Shown here: one piece after another, positions 6,549 through 14,592 of the stretch | How positions within the stretch are numbered: position 1 is the first letter of the stretch | How the letters are laid out: each line of letters starts with the position of its first letter | Assembly: GCA_023136205.1 (NCBI GenBank) | Contig: JAGLRQ010000058.1 | Coordinates: 1-21,115, forward strand | Source: Candidatus Auribacterota bacterium | GTDB taxonomy: Bacteria > Auribacterota > UBA6266 | Direction of reading: 5' to 3' | Length of the DNA stretch: 21,115 nt | Translations under genes and position numbers: made by a program | The notes under the pieces: model-generated | The model's input: only the letters and a program-made list of their open reading frames with translations | The model's database searches: none | Told to the model about the DNA's origin: nothing

Positions 6549-7403
6549 ATGAAAATGACAGCGGTTTTTCTGTCTTGTTTGTTTATATTCGGAGCGCTTT
6601 GCGGTTCCGTCAATAATATGGCTTTTGCTGAGGAGAACGCTGAGAATTTTCAATGGTGGCCTACAGATGCCAAGCCAAGCCCTGTTGAGGATGAAGATAG
6701 AGGGGGATACTGGTGGTGGCCTGACGTGCCGGGGAATATGAGGCCTTATGGAAACAGGGGGTTTGTTTATGTCAGAAAGATAATTCCCGGCAGTATGGGA
6801 GAGCCCGCGATTGTGATAAAAAAGGTACTGAAAAATGTTAAGATATATTTTGATACCGATAAGTCGGATTTGCGGCCTGACGCGGTACCCGTGTTAAGAA
6901 GGGGGTTAGGCCTGTTGCGGAAAAATCCTGAGAGCACAATTTTGATTACCGGCAATGCCGATATAAGAGGAAAAGAAGATTATAATCTTAAGCTGGGTGA
7001 AAAAAGAGGGAAAACTGTAAAAGATTTTATGGTTGAGAACGGTATTCCTGAAGAAAGAATCAGGATTATAAGCCGTGGGAAGCTTGACGCGGTTGCTCCT
7101 GTGGGAGACATAAAGGGAATGCAGAAGGATAGAAATGCCCAGTTTATGGTAGCTGAAATTATTGAGGTCTCCATGTCTGAATGGTCAAAGGCAATGGGGG
7201 AAGAAGTGCAGGAAATTGCTCCTGAAGTTAAGGTTCAGATTACGGAATATACAGTTCAAAAAGGTGATACATTGTGGAAAATTGCTAATAAAGTCTACGG
7301 GGATTCAACAAAGTGGGCTAGAATATATGATGCCAATAGAGATCAGCTTAAGAACCCGAACGATTTAAAAGTTGGCAGAGTTTTACAAATCCCGCTTAAT
7401 TAG
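6549..7403 (+). CDS. OmpA-family peptidoglycan-binding protein with a C-terminal LysM domain
   Basis: Start chosen at MKMTAVFLSCLFIFGALCGSVNNMAFA (signal peptide) because AAGGAGGAG lies at 6533-6541. OmpA_C motif ILITGNADIRGKEDYNLKLGEKRGKTVKDFMVENGI. LysM motif YTVQKGDTLWKIANKVYGD...LKVGRVLQIP. Confidence 0.85.
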   Translation: MKMTAVFLSCLFIFGALCGSVNNMAFAEENAENFQWWPTDAKPSPVEDEDRGGYWWWPDVPGNMRPYGNRGFVYVRKIIPGSMGEPAIVIKKVLKNVKIYFDTDKSDLRPDAVPVLRRGLGLLRKNPESTILITGNADIRGKEDYNLKLGEKRGKTVKDFMVENGIPEERIRIISRGKLDAVAPVGDIKGMQKDRNAQFMVAEIIEVSMSEWSKAMGEEVQEIAPEVKVQITEYTVQKGDTLWKIANKVYGDSTKWARIYDANRDQLKNPNDLKVGRVLQIPLN

Positions 7404-7499
7404 AGAAAAAAACGAATTGCCGCGAATATACACACGGATCAGGACAAAGAATACCTCTCTATTTGCTGCTCGTTGTTTATTTAAGGAGATTTAAAAGCC

Positions 7500-8996
7500 A
7501 TGTCTAATTTTGCTTATTGCAATAGCTGTAGACAAACTGTGCCTGCTGAATATGTTATACGCGGCAGCAATGTGTACCTTGCCAAGAAATGTCCGAAGTG
7601 TGGAATGAATGAGACCTTGATTTCAAGTGATGTGGACGCGTATAAGAAAAAATTTGATTTTATGGGCGATGTGGCTTATGAGAGCTGTGGGTTAAATTGC
7701 CTGGAGTGTGAACATAAGGTTCCGAACATCGCGTTTGTGGAGCTTACGAACAGATGTAATATGAACTGTCCAATCTGTATTACCAATGTTCCGTCAATGG
7801 GATTTGAATTTGAGCCGGACATGGAATATTTTAAGCTTATTTTTGAAGACCTTTCTAAATTAGATCCCAAACCCTCCATTCAGCTCTTTGGGGGAGAACC
7901 TACTGTGAGAGAAGATCTTTTTGATATTATCAGGCTTGCTAAATCTTACGGCCTTTCGGTAAGAGTGGTTACAAACGGCCTGAAGCTTGCCGATAAGAAG
8001 TACTGTGAAAAGCTGATAGAAGAAGGAGTCTCAATTCTTATATCGTTTGACGGGTTTAACAAAAAAATGTATGAAATGTTCAGAGGAATGCCTGAGGCGT
8101 TGGATCTTAAATTGAAAGCTCTTGAAAATCTCGCGCGGAGAAAAAGCGGCAAAGTTATTTTAATGACCGTGGCTTCAAAGGAGCAGGACAGCGAAGATTT
8201 GAAGAAATTGTTTGATTACTGTGTAAAAAATAAAAAGATTACAAGAGGTATTTTTATTATGCCGTTGGCGCATATGTGGTCGCCTGAAAGGCTGGACTAT
8301 AATCCTGAAAGGACTACTCCCGAAGATGTAGAGCATATGGTTGACAACGCGGTGGGAGGCGGCCTTGAATTTGTTCCCCTGGGTTCTCTTGACACAAAGG
8401 TTTTTAATAAGGTCCTTAATTTGAAAGATATGCCTTTTGTCGGTGTGCATCCTAACTGTGAGAGTATAACGGTTCTCGTTTCGGACGGGGAAAGGTTATT
8501 GCCTGTGTCGAAATTCCTGAAAAAAGGTTTATTTGGCCTTATAAACGATTTAAGGAATGTAGGGAAAGATATTTCAGGGCAGAAAGAGGTAGGGTTTTTA
8601 TTCAGGATTAAGGTTTACACGGCCCTTATTAAAATTTTGTTCTGTAATTTTGATTTCGGGGCAGCGGTTGGCCAGAAGGGAGTTAAAGCATTTTTCAAAT
8701 GGATAAAAATAGCCGGCAGGTTAATCTCAGGAACGAAGCTTAAGGATGTAATTAGAGCAGAGACCAGAATGAAAGGGGCTCTTCAGGTGATGGTGCTTCC
8801 GTTTGAGGATTATGACACAGCAGAAGCTGTCCGGCTGAAAATGTGCACTTCCTGTTTTGTTTACCCTGAAGATAGGAATGGAAACGTTAAGTATATTCCT
8901 GTTTGCGCGTGGGAAAAGAACAAAAAGATTGCAATGAAAAAAGTTGCCGAGTTGTTTAATAAGCCGGGTTTTAATAAAGGATTGTCCAGGAAATAA
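7500..8996 (+). CDS. Radical SAM enzyme with an N-terminal Cys4 ribbon and auxiliary Cys clusters (Tes/GDGT-MAS/MJ0619-like architecture), paralog 1
   Basis: N-terminal CNSC...CPKC. Extra CGLNCLEC. Radical SAM CNMNCPIC (CxxxCxxC). GGEPT motif. C-terminal CTSC...C. SD AAGGAGA. The radical SAM call is firm; the Tes-family assignment is from memory of the architecture. Confidence 0.8.
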   Translation: MSNFAYCNSCRQTVPAEYVIRGSNVYLAKKCPKCGMNETLISSDVDAYKKKFDFMGDVAYESCGLNCLECEHKVPNIAFVELTNRCNMNCPICITNVPSMGFEFEPDMEYFKLIFEDLSKLDPKPSIQLFGGEPTVREDLFDIIRLAKSYGLSVRVVTNGLKLADKKYCEKLIEEGVSILISFDGFNKKMYEMFRGMPEALDLKLKALENLARRKSGKVILMTVASKEQDSEDLKKLFDYCVKNKKITRGIFIMPLAHMWSPERLDYNPERTTPEDVEHMVDNAVGGGLEFVPLGSLDTKVFNKVLNLKDMPFVGVHPNCESITVLVSDGERLLPVSKFLKKGLFGLINDLRNVGKDISGQKEVGFLFRIKVYTALIKILFCNFDFGAAVGQKGVKAFFKWIKIAGRLISGTKLKDVIRAETRMKGALQVMVLPFEDYDTAEAVRLKMCTSCFVYPEDRNGNVKYIPVCAWEKNKKIAMKKVAELFNKPGFNKGLSRK

Positions 8997-8997
8997 A

Positions 8998-10518
8998 ATG
9001 TGGCAGAAGAAATTCAAGAGCGTATGTCCTGTTTGCGACCGCCCCGTTGACGGATTATTTTATGAGGAAAACAACCAGGTTTTCCTAAAGAAAACCTGTC
9101 CTGAACACGGAGAAGTCAGGGACCTTGCTTCATCAGATGCTGAACTTTTTTCCGGAAAGATGGACCTTGTCCCCGAAGATTATTCTGAAAAATGCAGTCT
9201 GGAAAAATGTGGTTCGGGGATATTCGCCTGCCAGGACCATTTCGCCAGAAAATCTCCAATAACATTTATAGAGGTTACTACCCGGTGTAACATGAGCTGT
9301 CCCGTATGTTATATAGACGCAGGTACAAAAGGAAGGGATATTCCGCTTGAAGATATAAAAAAAATAATTTCAGAAATCAAAAAGCATGATCCTGGAACCC
9401 ATCTGGTTCTTATCGGGGGAGAACCAACAATTCATAAAGATTTCTTTAAAATACTTGAAGCTGTCCGGGAAGCCGGCCTTATAAAAAGGTGTTATCTTGC
9501 GACTAACGGCATAACACTTTCCAGTGAGGAATTTTGCAAAAAGGTGTACGACGCGGGAATAAGATGGTATTACCTGGCGTTTGACAGTGTGGACAAAGAA
9601 ATGTGTAAGCAGGTAAGGGGAAGTTATAGGTCGTATGAGGCATCCAGGAAGACTATTGAAAATTTAAAGAAATTTAGCCGCGCGAAAATTGTGCTTTCCG
9701 TTACAGTGGTTAAAGGGGTAAACGATAAAGGCCTCCCGGCTGTTCTTGATTTCGCGGTAAGAAACAAAGATGTTGTTAAAAGAATTTCTATTTCCGCGGA
9801 AGTCTTTTGCGGGAGACAGACATCATCAGAAGATTTGCTTAAAAAGAGAATAACATCTGAATGTATAGAGAGTATATTAAGAAGAACTCTTGGTAATGGC
9901 GCGGCGACTATGTCACTGGCGCTTTACGGCACAATCCTTAAACCGCTCAATCTTGCCGGACTTCTTCCGAAGAGAACGGGAATTTACACTATGCCGCATC
10001 CGTTATGCGGAAACATTGGTTTTTTGTTCCGGGCCGATGACGGCTCTTATTTTTCGGTAATAGGCCTCGCGATTAAAAATTCCGCGGCTGATTTATATAA
10101 GTACGGTAAAAAGGTTAAGGATTTTTCGGTTAGGATGGAGAAAAGAAAGAAAATATTGCGCGCAAAACTTTTTGGCAATATCCTCTGGAAGCTTATAGCT
10201 TTTTGTTATTATGTTCCGGTATATTTCGGGATGATTCTTACTTTCATTAAACCTTCATTTGTTTTTAGAGCAGTTATGGCCTTCCCAAAATCGATTTTTA
10301 CCGGGAAAAAGGTAAGTGAATGTCTGCTTGGCAAAGACAGGGTAGAGATACACTATCTGGTCAGCTGTGATAAGTATAACTTTGTCTGGGAGAGGATGCC
10401 TTATTGCGCTACACACCATTATAGAATAGATGCCGGCACAAAAAAAGTCACAAAAATGTGCGGTTGTTATGTTTTTCCCTTCCGAAGTTATGCTGATTCA
10501 TGTAATACAATGGGATAG
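8998..10518 (+). CDS. Radical SAM enzyme, paralog 2 of the same family, with a hydrophobic C-terminal segment
   Basis: Start taken at ATG 8998, one nt after the paralog-1 stop (TAA-A-ATG). N-terminal CPVC...CPEHG. CNMSCPVC. GGEPT. C-terminal C...CGC. Hydrophobic stretch ILWKLIAFCYYVPVYFGMILTFI. The track start at 8944 overlaps the upstream gene and is unlikely. Confidence 0.8.
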   Translation: MWQKKFKSVCPVCDRPVDGLFYEENNQVFLKKTCPEHGEVRDLASSDAELFSGKMDLVPEDYSEKCSLEKCGSGIFACQDHFARKSPITFIEVTTRCNMSCPVCYIDAGTKGRDIPLEDIKKIISEIKKHDPGTHLVLIGGEPTIHKDFFKILEAVREAGLIKRCYLATNGITLSSEEFCKKVYDAGIRWYYLAFDSVDKEMCKQVRGSYRSYEASRKTIENLKKFSRAKIVLSVTVVKGVNDKGLPAVLDFAVRNKDVVKRISISAEVFCGRQTSSEDLLKKRITSECIESILRRTLGNGAATMSLALYGTILKPLNLAGLLPKRTGIYTMPHPLCGNIGFLFRADDGSYFSVIGLAIKNSAADLYKYGKKVKDFSVRMEKRKKILRAKLFGNILWKLIAFCYYVPVYFGMILTFIKPSFVFRAVMAFPKSIFTGKKVSECLLGKDRVEIHYLVSCDKYNFVWERMPYCATHHYRIDAGTKKVTKMCGCYVFPFRSYADSCNTMG

Positions 10519-10605
10519 TTTATTTAATTACGAGTTACGAATTAAGAATCGTAAAGCTCGGGTTGTGAATTATTCGAAATTCCTAAATTTGTGATTGGTT
10601 TAACC

Positions 10606-11520
10606 ATGAATTTTCTAAGAAAGATAAAGAAGAATAAATCCATTACAAGCCTAAGAAGATATATCGTTTATGTTATATCGGTTTTTTTCTTGTTTACGGT
10701 GAAACACCTTCCGTGGAAGCTGGTTGTTTGTCTGGGCCGGTCTTTGGGAAAATTCGCGTTTCACATTGTAAAGTATACCAGAAAAAGAACACTGGATAAC
10801 CTCACGAAAGTTTTTGGGCAGGAGAAGACAGACAGAGAAATATTTCAAATTGCAAAAAATGTATATAAAAATATTGGCATTACCGCTCTTGAATTTCCTA
10901 AAATGTCGTCTATGACAGATAAAGAATTTTTCTCAACGGTTGATTATGAAAAGAAACAAATAGATTTTCTCTGGAGCCTTCTTGATAAGAAGAAAGGGGT
11001 TATTTTCGCGAGTGCTCATATGGGGAACTGGGAAATGCTTGCGGGATTTGGCGCCCGACTTGGATTTAAAATGTCAGTTCTTTACAAACCATCTACGAAT
11101 CCTTATCTCAATAAAATCTGGTTTGGATTAAGAGGCAAAAATCAATTGATAGATATAACAGAGAATCTTCAGGTAGTGACAAAAAGATTAAGGGCTAATG
11201 AAGTAATGTGTATTCTCTTTGATGAAAATGCCAGGAAGAGGGGTGTGAAGCTCAATTTTCTGGGCCGGCCGGCTTCTACTTATAAAGGGCCGGCTTATTT
11301 TTCTCTCAGGACAGGGTGTCCTGTCGTATGCCTGTATTTTATAAGGGGGGAAGATGGTAAACATAAATTTATTATTGAAAGAACTATCTATCCCAAAAGA
11401 TCTAAAGATCTTGAGAAAGATATTATTAAAATTATGAATGAAATGAATGCCAGTTTGGAACTTATGATAAAAAGATATCCGGATCAGTGGAACTGGATAT
11501 ATAAACGGTGGGAAACCTGA
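10606..11520 (+). CDS. LpxL/HtrB-family (lipid A late / lysophospholipid) acyltransferase
   Basis: N-terminal TM segment. HX4E catalytic motif AHMGNWEM. C-terminal YPDQWNWIYKRW is typical of Lip_A_acyltrans. The start is uncertain (GTG 10591 or ATG 10606), with no SD at either. Confidence 0.75.
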   Translation: MNFLRKIKKNKSITSLRRYIVYVISVFFLFTVKHLPWKLVVCLGRSLGKFAFHIVKYTRKRTLDNLTKVFGQEKTDREIFQIAKNVYKNIGITALEFPKMSSMTDKEFFSTVDYEKKQIDFLWSLLDKKKGVIFASAHMGNWEMLAGFGARLGFKMSVLYKPSTNPYLNKIWFGLRGKNQLIDITENLQVVTKRLRANEVMCILFDENARKRGVKLNFLGRPASTYKGPAYFSLRTGCPVVCLYFIRGEDGKHKFIIERTIYPKRSKDLEKDIIKIMNEMNASLELMIKRYPDQWNWIYKRWET

Positions 11521-11612
11521 AGTTAAATACTGTCGGTTTTTATGACTTTATTTTTTTTTGCATTTATGCTATTTTTGTCTGTTATTTTTTAATTAAAAAT
11601 AAGGGCAGGCAG

Positions 11613-12536
11613 ATGAAAAATATAATTGTTACGGGCGGTGCCGGTTTTATAGGTTCAAACCTTGCGATGTATCTTCAGGAAAAGGCGGAAGATACTAATA
11701 TCATTGTTGTCGATGATTTTCGGCAGGCAAGTTTCAAGGCCCTTGAAGGATTTAGGGGGGATATCATTGCTTCCAACGTCGCTGAGAAAGAGTGGCTTTT
11801 AACATTTAAAAACAAAAAAGTTAGCGCGATTTTCCACCTTGCGTCTATTACTGATACAACAGTTTTGGATGAAAGGAAAATGATGTTTGATAATGTCGAA
11901 GGCTTTAGGAATATATTGGAGCTTGCGGTGGAAAAGGGCTCGGATGTTGTATATGCCTCGTCAGCCGCGGTTTATGGAAGCCAGGACTTGCCTATGAAAG
12001 AAGAGGATGGTGGTAAACCCAATAATATATATGGTTTTTCAAAGTGGGTAATGGAAAATTTGGCAAAAACCTATTCCGGTAAAATCAAGGTTGCCGGCCT
12101 TAGGTATTTCAATGTTTTTGGCCCGAACGAGTATTATAAGGGAAATGCTGCCAGTATGATTTACCAGTTAGCTTGTCAGATGATAGAGGGGAAGAGGCCG
12201 AGAATTTTCACAGCGGGAGAACAGAGAAGGGATTTTGTCTATGTTAAAGATGTCGTTTCAGCGACGTTTTCTGCCCTTTTCGCGAAAAGCGGCACGGTGG
12301 TAAATATCGGAAGCGGCAAATCTACTTCGTTTAACGAAGTGATAGATGCTATTAACAAAGCGCTTGGGAGCAGCCTTAAGCCGTCATATTTTGATAACCC
12401 GTATGATTTTTACCAGGACTTCACGGAAGCGGATCTTTCAAAAGCAAAAAAAGAAATAGCCTATGAGCCTGCTTTTACCACTGCCGAGGGGATAAAAGAT
12501 TACATAACAAAATATCTGATAGAGGTTAAAAGGTAG
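11613..12536 (+). CDS. hldD: ADP-L-glycero-D-manno-heptose-6-epimerase-like SDR
   Basis: MKNIIVTGGAGFIGSNL, ASSAAVYG, YGFSK, RYFNVFGPNEYYKGNAASM and RDFVYVKDV track E. coli HldD closely. The track's 35-aa N-terminal extension is T-rich intergenic sequence. Confidence 0.8.
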   Translation: MKNIIVTGGAGFIGSNLAMYLQEKAEDTNIIVVDDFRQASFKALEGFRGDIIASNVAEKEWLLTFKNKKVSAIFHLASITDTTVLDERKMMFDNVEGFRNILELAVEKGSDVVYASSAAVYGSQDLPMKEEDGGKPNNIYGFSKWVMENLAKTYSGKIKVAGLRYFNVFGPNEYYKGNAASMIYQLACQMIEGKRPRIFTAGEQRRDFVYVKDVVSATFSALFAKSGTVVNIGSGKSTSFNEVIDAINKALGSSLKPSYFDNPYDFYQDFTEADLSKAKKEIAYEPAFTTAEGIKDYITKYLIEVKR

Positions 12537-12579
12537 TTATGGGGTGGGAAGTTTTAACAAGTTAAAAAGGGTGATTGCG

Positions 12580-12978
12580 ATGAAAGGTTTGGATAAATAT
12601 GAAAAAGGTATCTTCTGCAGAGAAGGTAATACCGTTTTCGCGGGCAGGCATCTTCTCCTGGAATTCTGGGGTGCTAAAAACATTAACGACCTTCATCTTA
12701 TTGAAAAAGCCTTAACAGATGCCGTAAAAGCATGCGGCGCGACCTTACTCCAAATTAAACTGCACCATTTTACCCCCTACGGCGGTATCTCAGGCGTCGC
12801 CATTGTCATGGAGTCACATCTTACTATCCACAGCTGGCCTGAATTTGATTATGCCGCGATAGATATTTTTCTCTGCGGAGACCGTGATCCTTATAAAGCA
12901 ATCCCGGTGCTTAAAGAAATATTCCAGCCTTCCAAGGTGGAGATTCTTGAATTTAAAAGAGGAATAGTAGAGAAATAA
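12580..12978 (+). CDS. speH: Pyruvoyl-dependent S-adenosylmethionine decarboxylase proenzyme (class 1)
   Basis: Self-cleavage/active-site motif VMESHLTIHSWPE, plus DIFLCG. Start chosen at ATG 12580 (SD AGGGTGA) rather than GTG 12544. Confidence 0.85.
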   Translation: MKGLDKYEKGIFCREGNTVFAGRHLLLEFWGAKNINDLHLIEKALTDAVKACGATLLQIKLHHFTPYGGISGVAIVMESHLTIHSWPEFDYAAIDIFLCGDRDPYKAIPVLKEIFQPSKVEILEFKRGIVEK

Positions 12979-12984
12979 TAGAAA

Positions 12985-13848
12985 ATGCCTAAGTGGATTT
13001 ATGAAACATTATATCCAGATTTAAAGCAGGGCTTTAAGGTAAAAAAAGTTCTGTATAAGTCCAGGACTGAATTTCAGGACATGGAACTTGTGGAAACTTC
13101 CCGCTTTGGAAGGGTGCTTGTTCTGGATGGGGTGGTTCAGACCACGGAAAAAGATGAGTTTATCTATCATGAAATGCTTACACATGTTCCGCTTCTGACG
13201 CACGGAAACCCTAAAAAAATTCTTCTTATAGGGGCTGGAGACGGAGGAATTTTAAGGGAAACGTTAAAGCATCCGGTAGATGAAGTAGTGATGGTTGAGA
13301 TTGACAGGGCAGTAGTGGATTTTAGTAAAAAATATTTAAGGCCAATATGTAAAAATGCCTTTTCGGATAAGCGGCTGAAACTTGTAATTGATGACGGCGC
13401 GAAATTTGTAAAAAAAACAGATGAGAAATTTGATGTTGTAATAATAGATTCTACTGATCCGGTTGGTCCGGCGAAGTGCCTGTTTACCCTGGGGTTTTTT
13501 AAGGGGGTCTCGAGGATACTTCTAACTAAAGGTATTATGGCAAGACAAACAGGTTCTCCCTGGCTCCAATCCGGCGAGTTCCGTAACTCCTGCAGGAAAA
13601 GTGAAACCGCGTTTAAGTATTATGAGCCGTATATGATGGCTACCCCGACATATTATGGAGGATTTTTTAGCCTAATAATTGCTTCTGACGGTATAAATCT
13701 TAGCAGGGGCAAAACGGATTTTAATCGTATCGAAAAAAAGTATAAGAAACTTAAGCTAAATACAAAATATTATAACCCGGAAGTGCACTATGGGGCATTT
13801 TGCCTTCCGGGATATGTTAATGAAATAAGGAGGAAACGGAAGAAATGA
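12985..13848 (+). CDS. speE: Spermidine synthase (aminopropyltransferase)
   Basis: LVLDGVVQTTEKDEFIYHEML, LLIGAGDGGILRE, VEIDRAVV and VIIDSTDPVGPA. Confidence 0.9.
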   Translation: MPKWIYETLYPDLKQGFKVKKVLYKSRTEFQDMELVETSRFGRVLVLDGVVQTTEKDEFIYHEMLTHVPLLTHGNPKKILLIGAGDGGILRETLKHPVDEVVMVEIDRAVVDFSKKYLRPICKNAFSDKRLKLVIDDGAKFVKKTDEKFDVVIIDSTDPVGPAKCLFTLGFFKGVSRILLTKGIMARQTGSPWLQSGEFRNSCRKSETAFKYYEPYMMATPTYYGGFFSLIIASDGINLSRGKTDFNRIEKKYKKLKLNTKYYNPEVHYGAFCLPGYVNEIRRKRKK

Positions 13849-14246
13849 AAGAATTAACCAAAGATAAACGCTGTGAAGAAACAACCGCAAACAGATCCTT
13901 TGGCGTTGAAACAGTAATTGATCTTTATGGGTGTGACTCTCAGATAATACGCTCGGAAGCAAAGCTTAGAGAATATGTTGACAGATTATGCGAGCTGCTG
14001 AAGATGGTGAAATATGGTGATACCTTCACTCCGTATTTTGGTTTGAACAATGATCATACAGCCGGTTATTCCGTACTTCAATTTATTGAAACAAGTTCTA
14101 TTACAGGGCATTTTTCAGAAAATACCAATGCTGCCTACCTTAATATATTTTCATGCGGCGAATATGACGTTGAAAAAGCGGCAGAATTCACAAAAGATTT
14201 TTTTGGCGCGGAAAAAATAGTAAAAAGAGTTATTGACCGGAAGTGA
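13845..14246 (+). CDS. Divergent AdoMetDC-fold (SpeH/SpeD-like) pyruvoyl enzyme paralog, substrate unknown
   Basis: Same-length core as SpeH but altered: VIDLYGCD, FIETSSITGHFSE (versus MESHLTIHSWPE) and NIFSCG. Its ATG overlaps the speE stop (ATGA). Confidence 0.7.
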   Translation: MKELTKDKRCEETTANRSFGVETVIDLYGCDSQIIRSEAKLREYVDRLCELLKMVKYGDTFTPYFGLNNDHTAGYSVLQFIETSSITGHFSENTNAAYLNIFSCGEYDVEKAAEFTKDFFGAEKIVKRVIDRK

Positions 14247-14287
14247 TTGTTCTTTTTTGCGGGTTTAGCAGCCTGTTTAAACTTGAG

Positions 14288-14319
14288 CCCCGTCGGATTT
14301 TGTCCGTCGGGGTTTTTTT
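14288..14319 (+). terminator. Rho-independent terminator closing the 6.5-14.2 kb block
   Basis: CCCCGTCGG (14288-14296) pairs with CCGTCGGGG (14304-14312), with one T:T mismatch and a 7-nt loop. T7 follows at 14313-14319. Confidence 0.8.
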
Positions 14320-14490
14320 ATTCGGGTTAACCCAAAATTTCGCATTATCAAAACGCCTGCAGCCCCCACTTGTTGTTTTTCCCCTCGTGATATATTTTAA
14401 TCAAAGTTGAACCAATATTAACGTAGGCGGATATTCACCTTTGATTGTGATTGTAATTGTAAGTTGATATATGTGTTTTAAAGTTAAATG

Positions 14491-14519
14491 TTGACAGGGG
14501 GTGTTAAACGATGTACAAT
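14491..14519 (+). promoter_or_regulatory. Near-consensus sigma70 promoter for the HTH-KamA-ATP-grasp operon
   Basis: TTGACA (14491-14496), an exact 17-nt spacer and TACAAT (14514-14519). Confidence 0.7.
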
Positions 14520-14592
14520 ACGGTTTCAATAGGGTTTTTAGTGTGTGTTTATGTTTAAAGTGTATGGATTATATTAGAGGTAATTAATTGTT

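Noticed and set aside
8944-8997. Track start of the second radical SAM ORF, overlapping the first by 53 nt
   Set aside because: ATG 8998 follows the upstream stop by one base, has AGGAAA upstream, and begins just before the conserved CPVC ribbon. The extension (MPSCLISRVLIKDCPGNK) is the alternative frame of the upstream gene's end.
10531-10560. Hairpin CGAG-TTACGA-attaagaa-TCGTAA-ag-CTCG between radical SAM 2 and the acyltransferase as a terminator
   Set aside because: The stem is AT-rich and bulged and has no following T-tract. It is more likely a weak mRNA structure than a terminator. It is mentioned under the operon finding only.
11508-11612. 35-aa hydrophobic N-terminal extension of HldD, and similarly 6453-6548 for OmpA/LysM and 12544-12579 for SpeH
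   Set aside because: The extensions are T-rich intergenic sequence. The internal ATGs have better SDs and give canonical N-termini (MKNIIVTGGAGFIGS; a signal peptide; the SpeH start).
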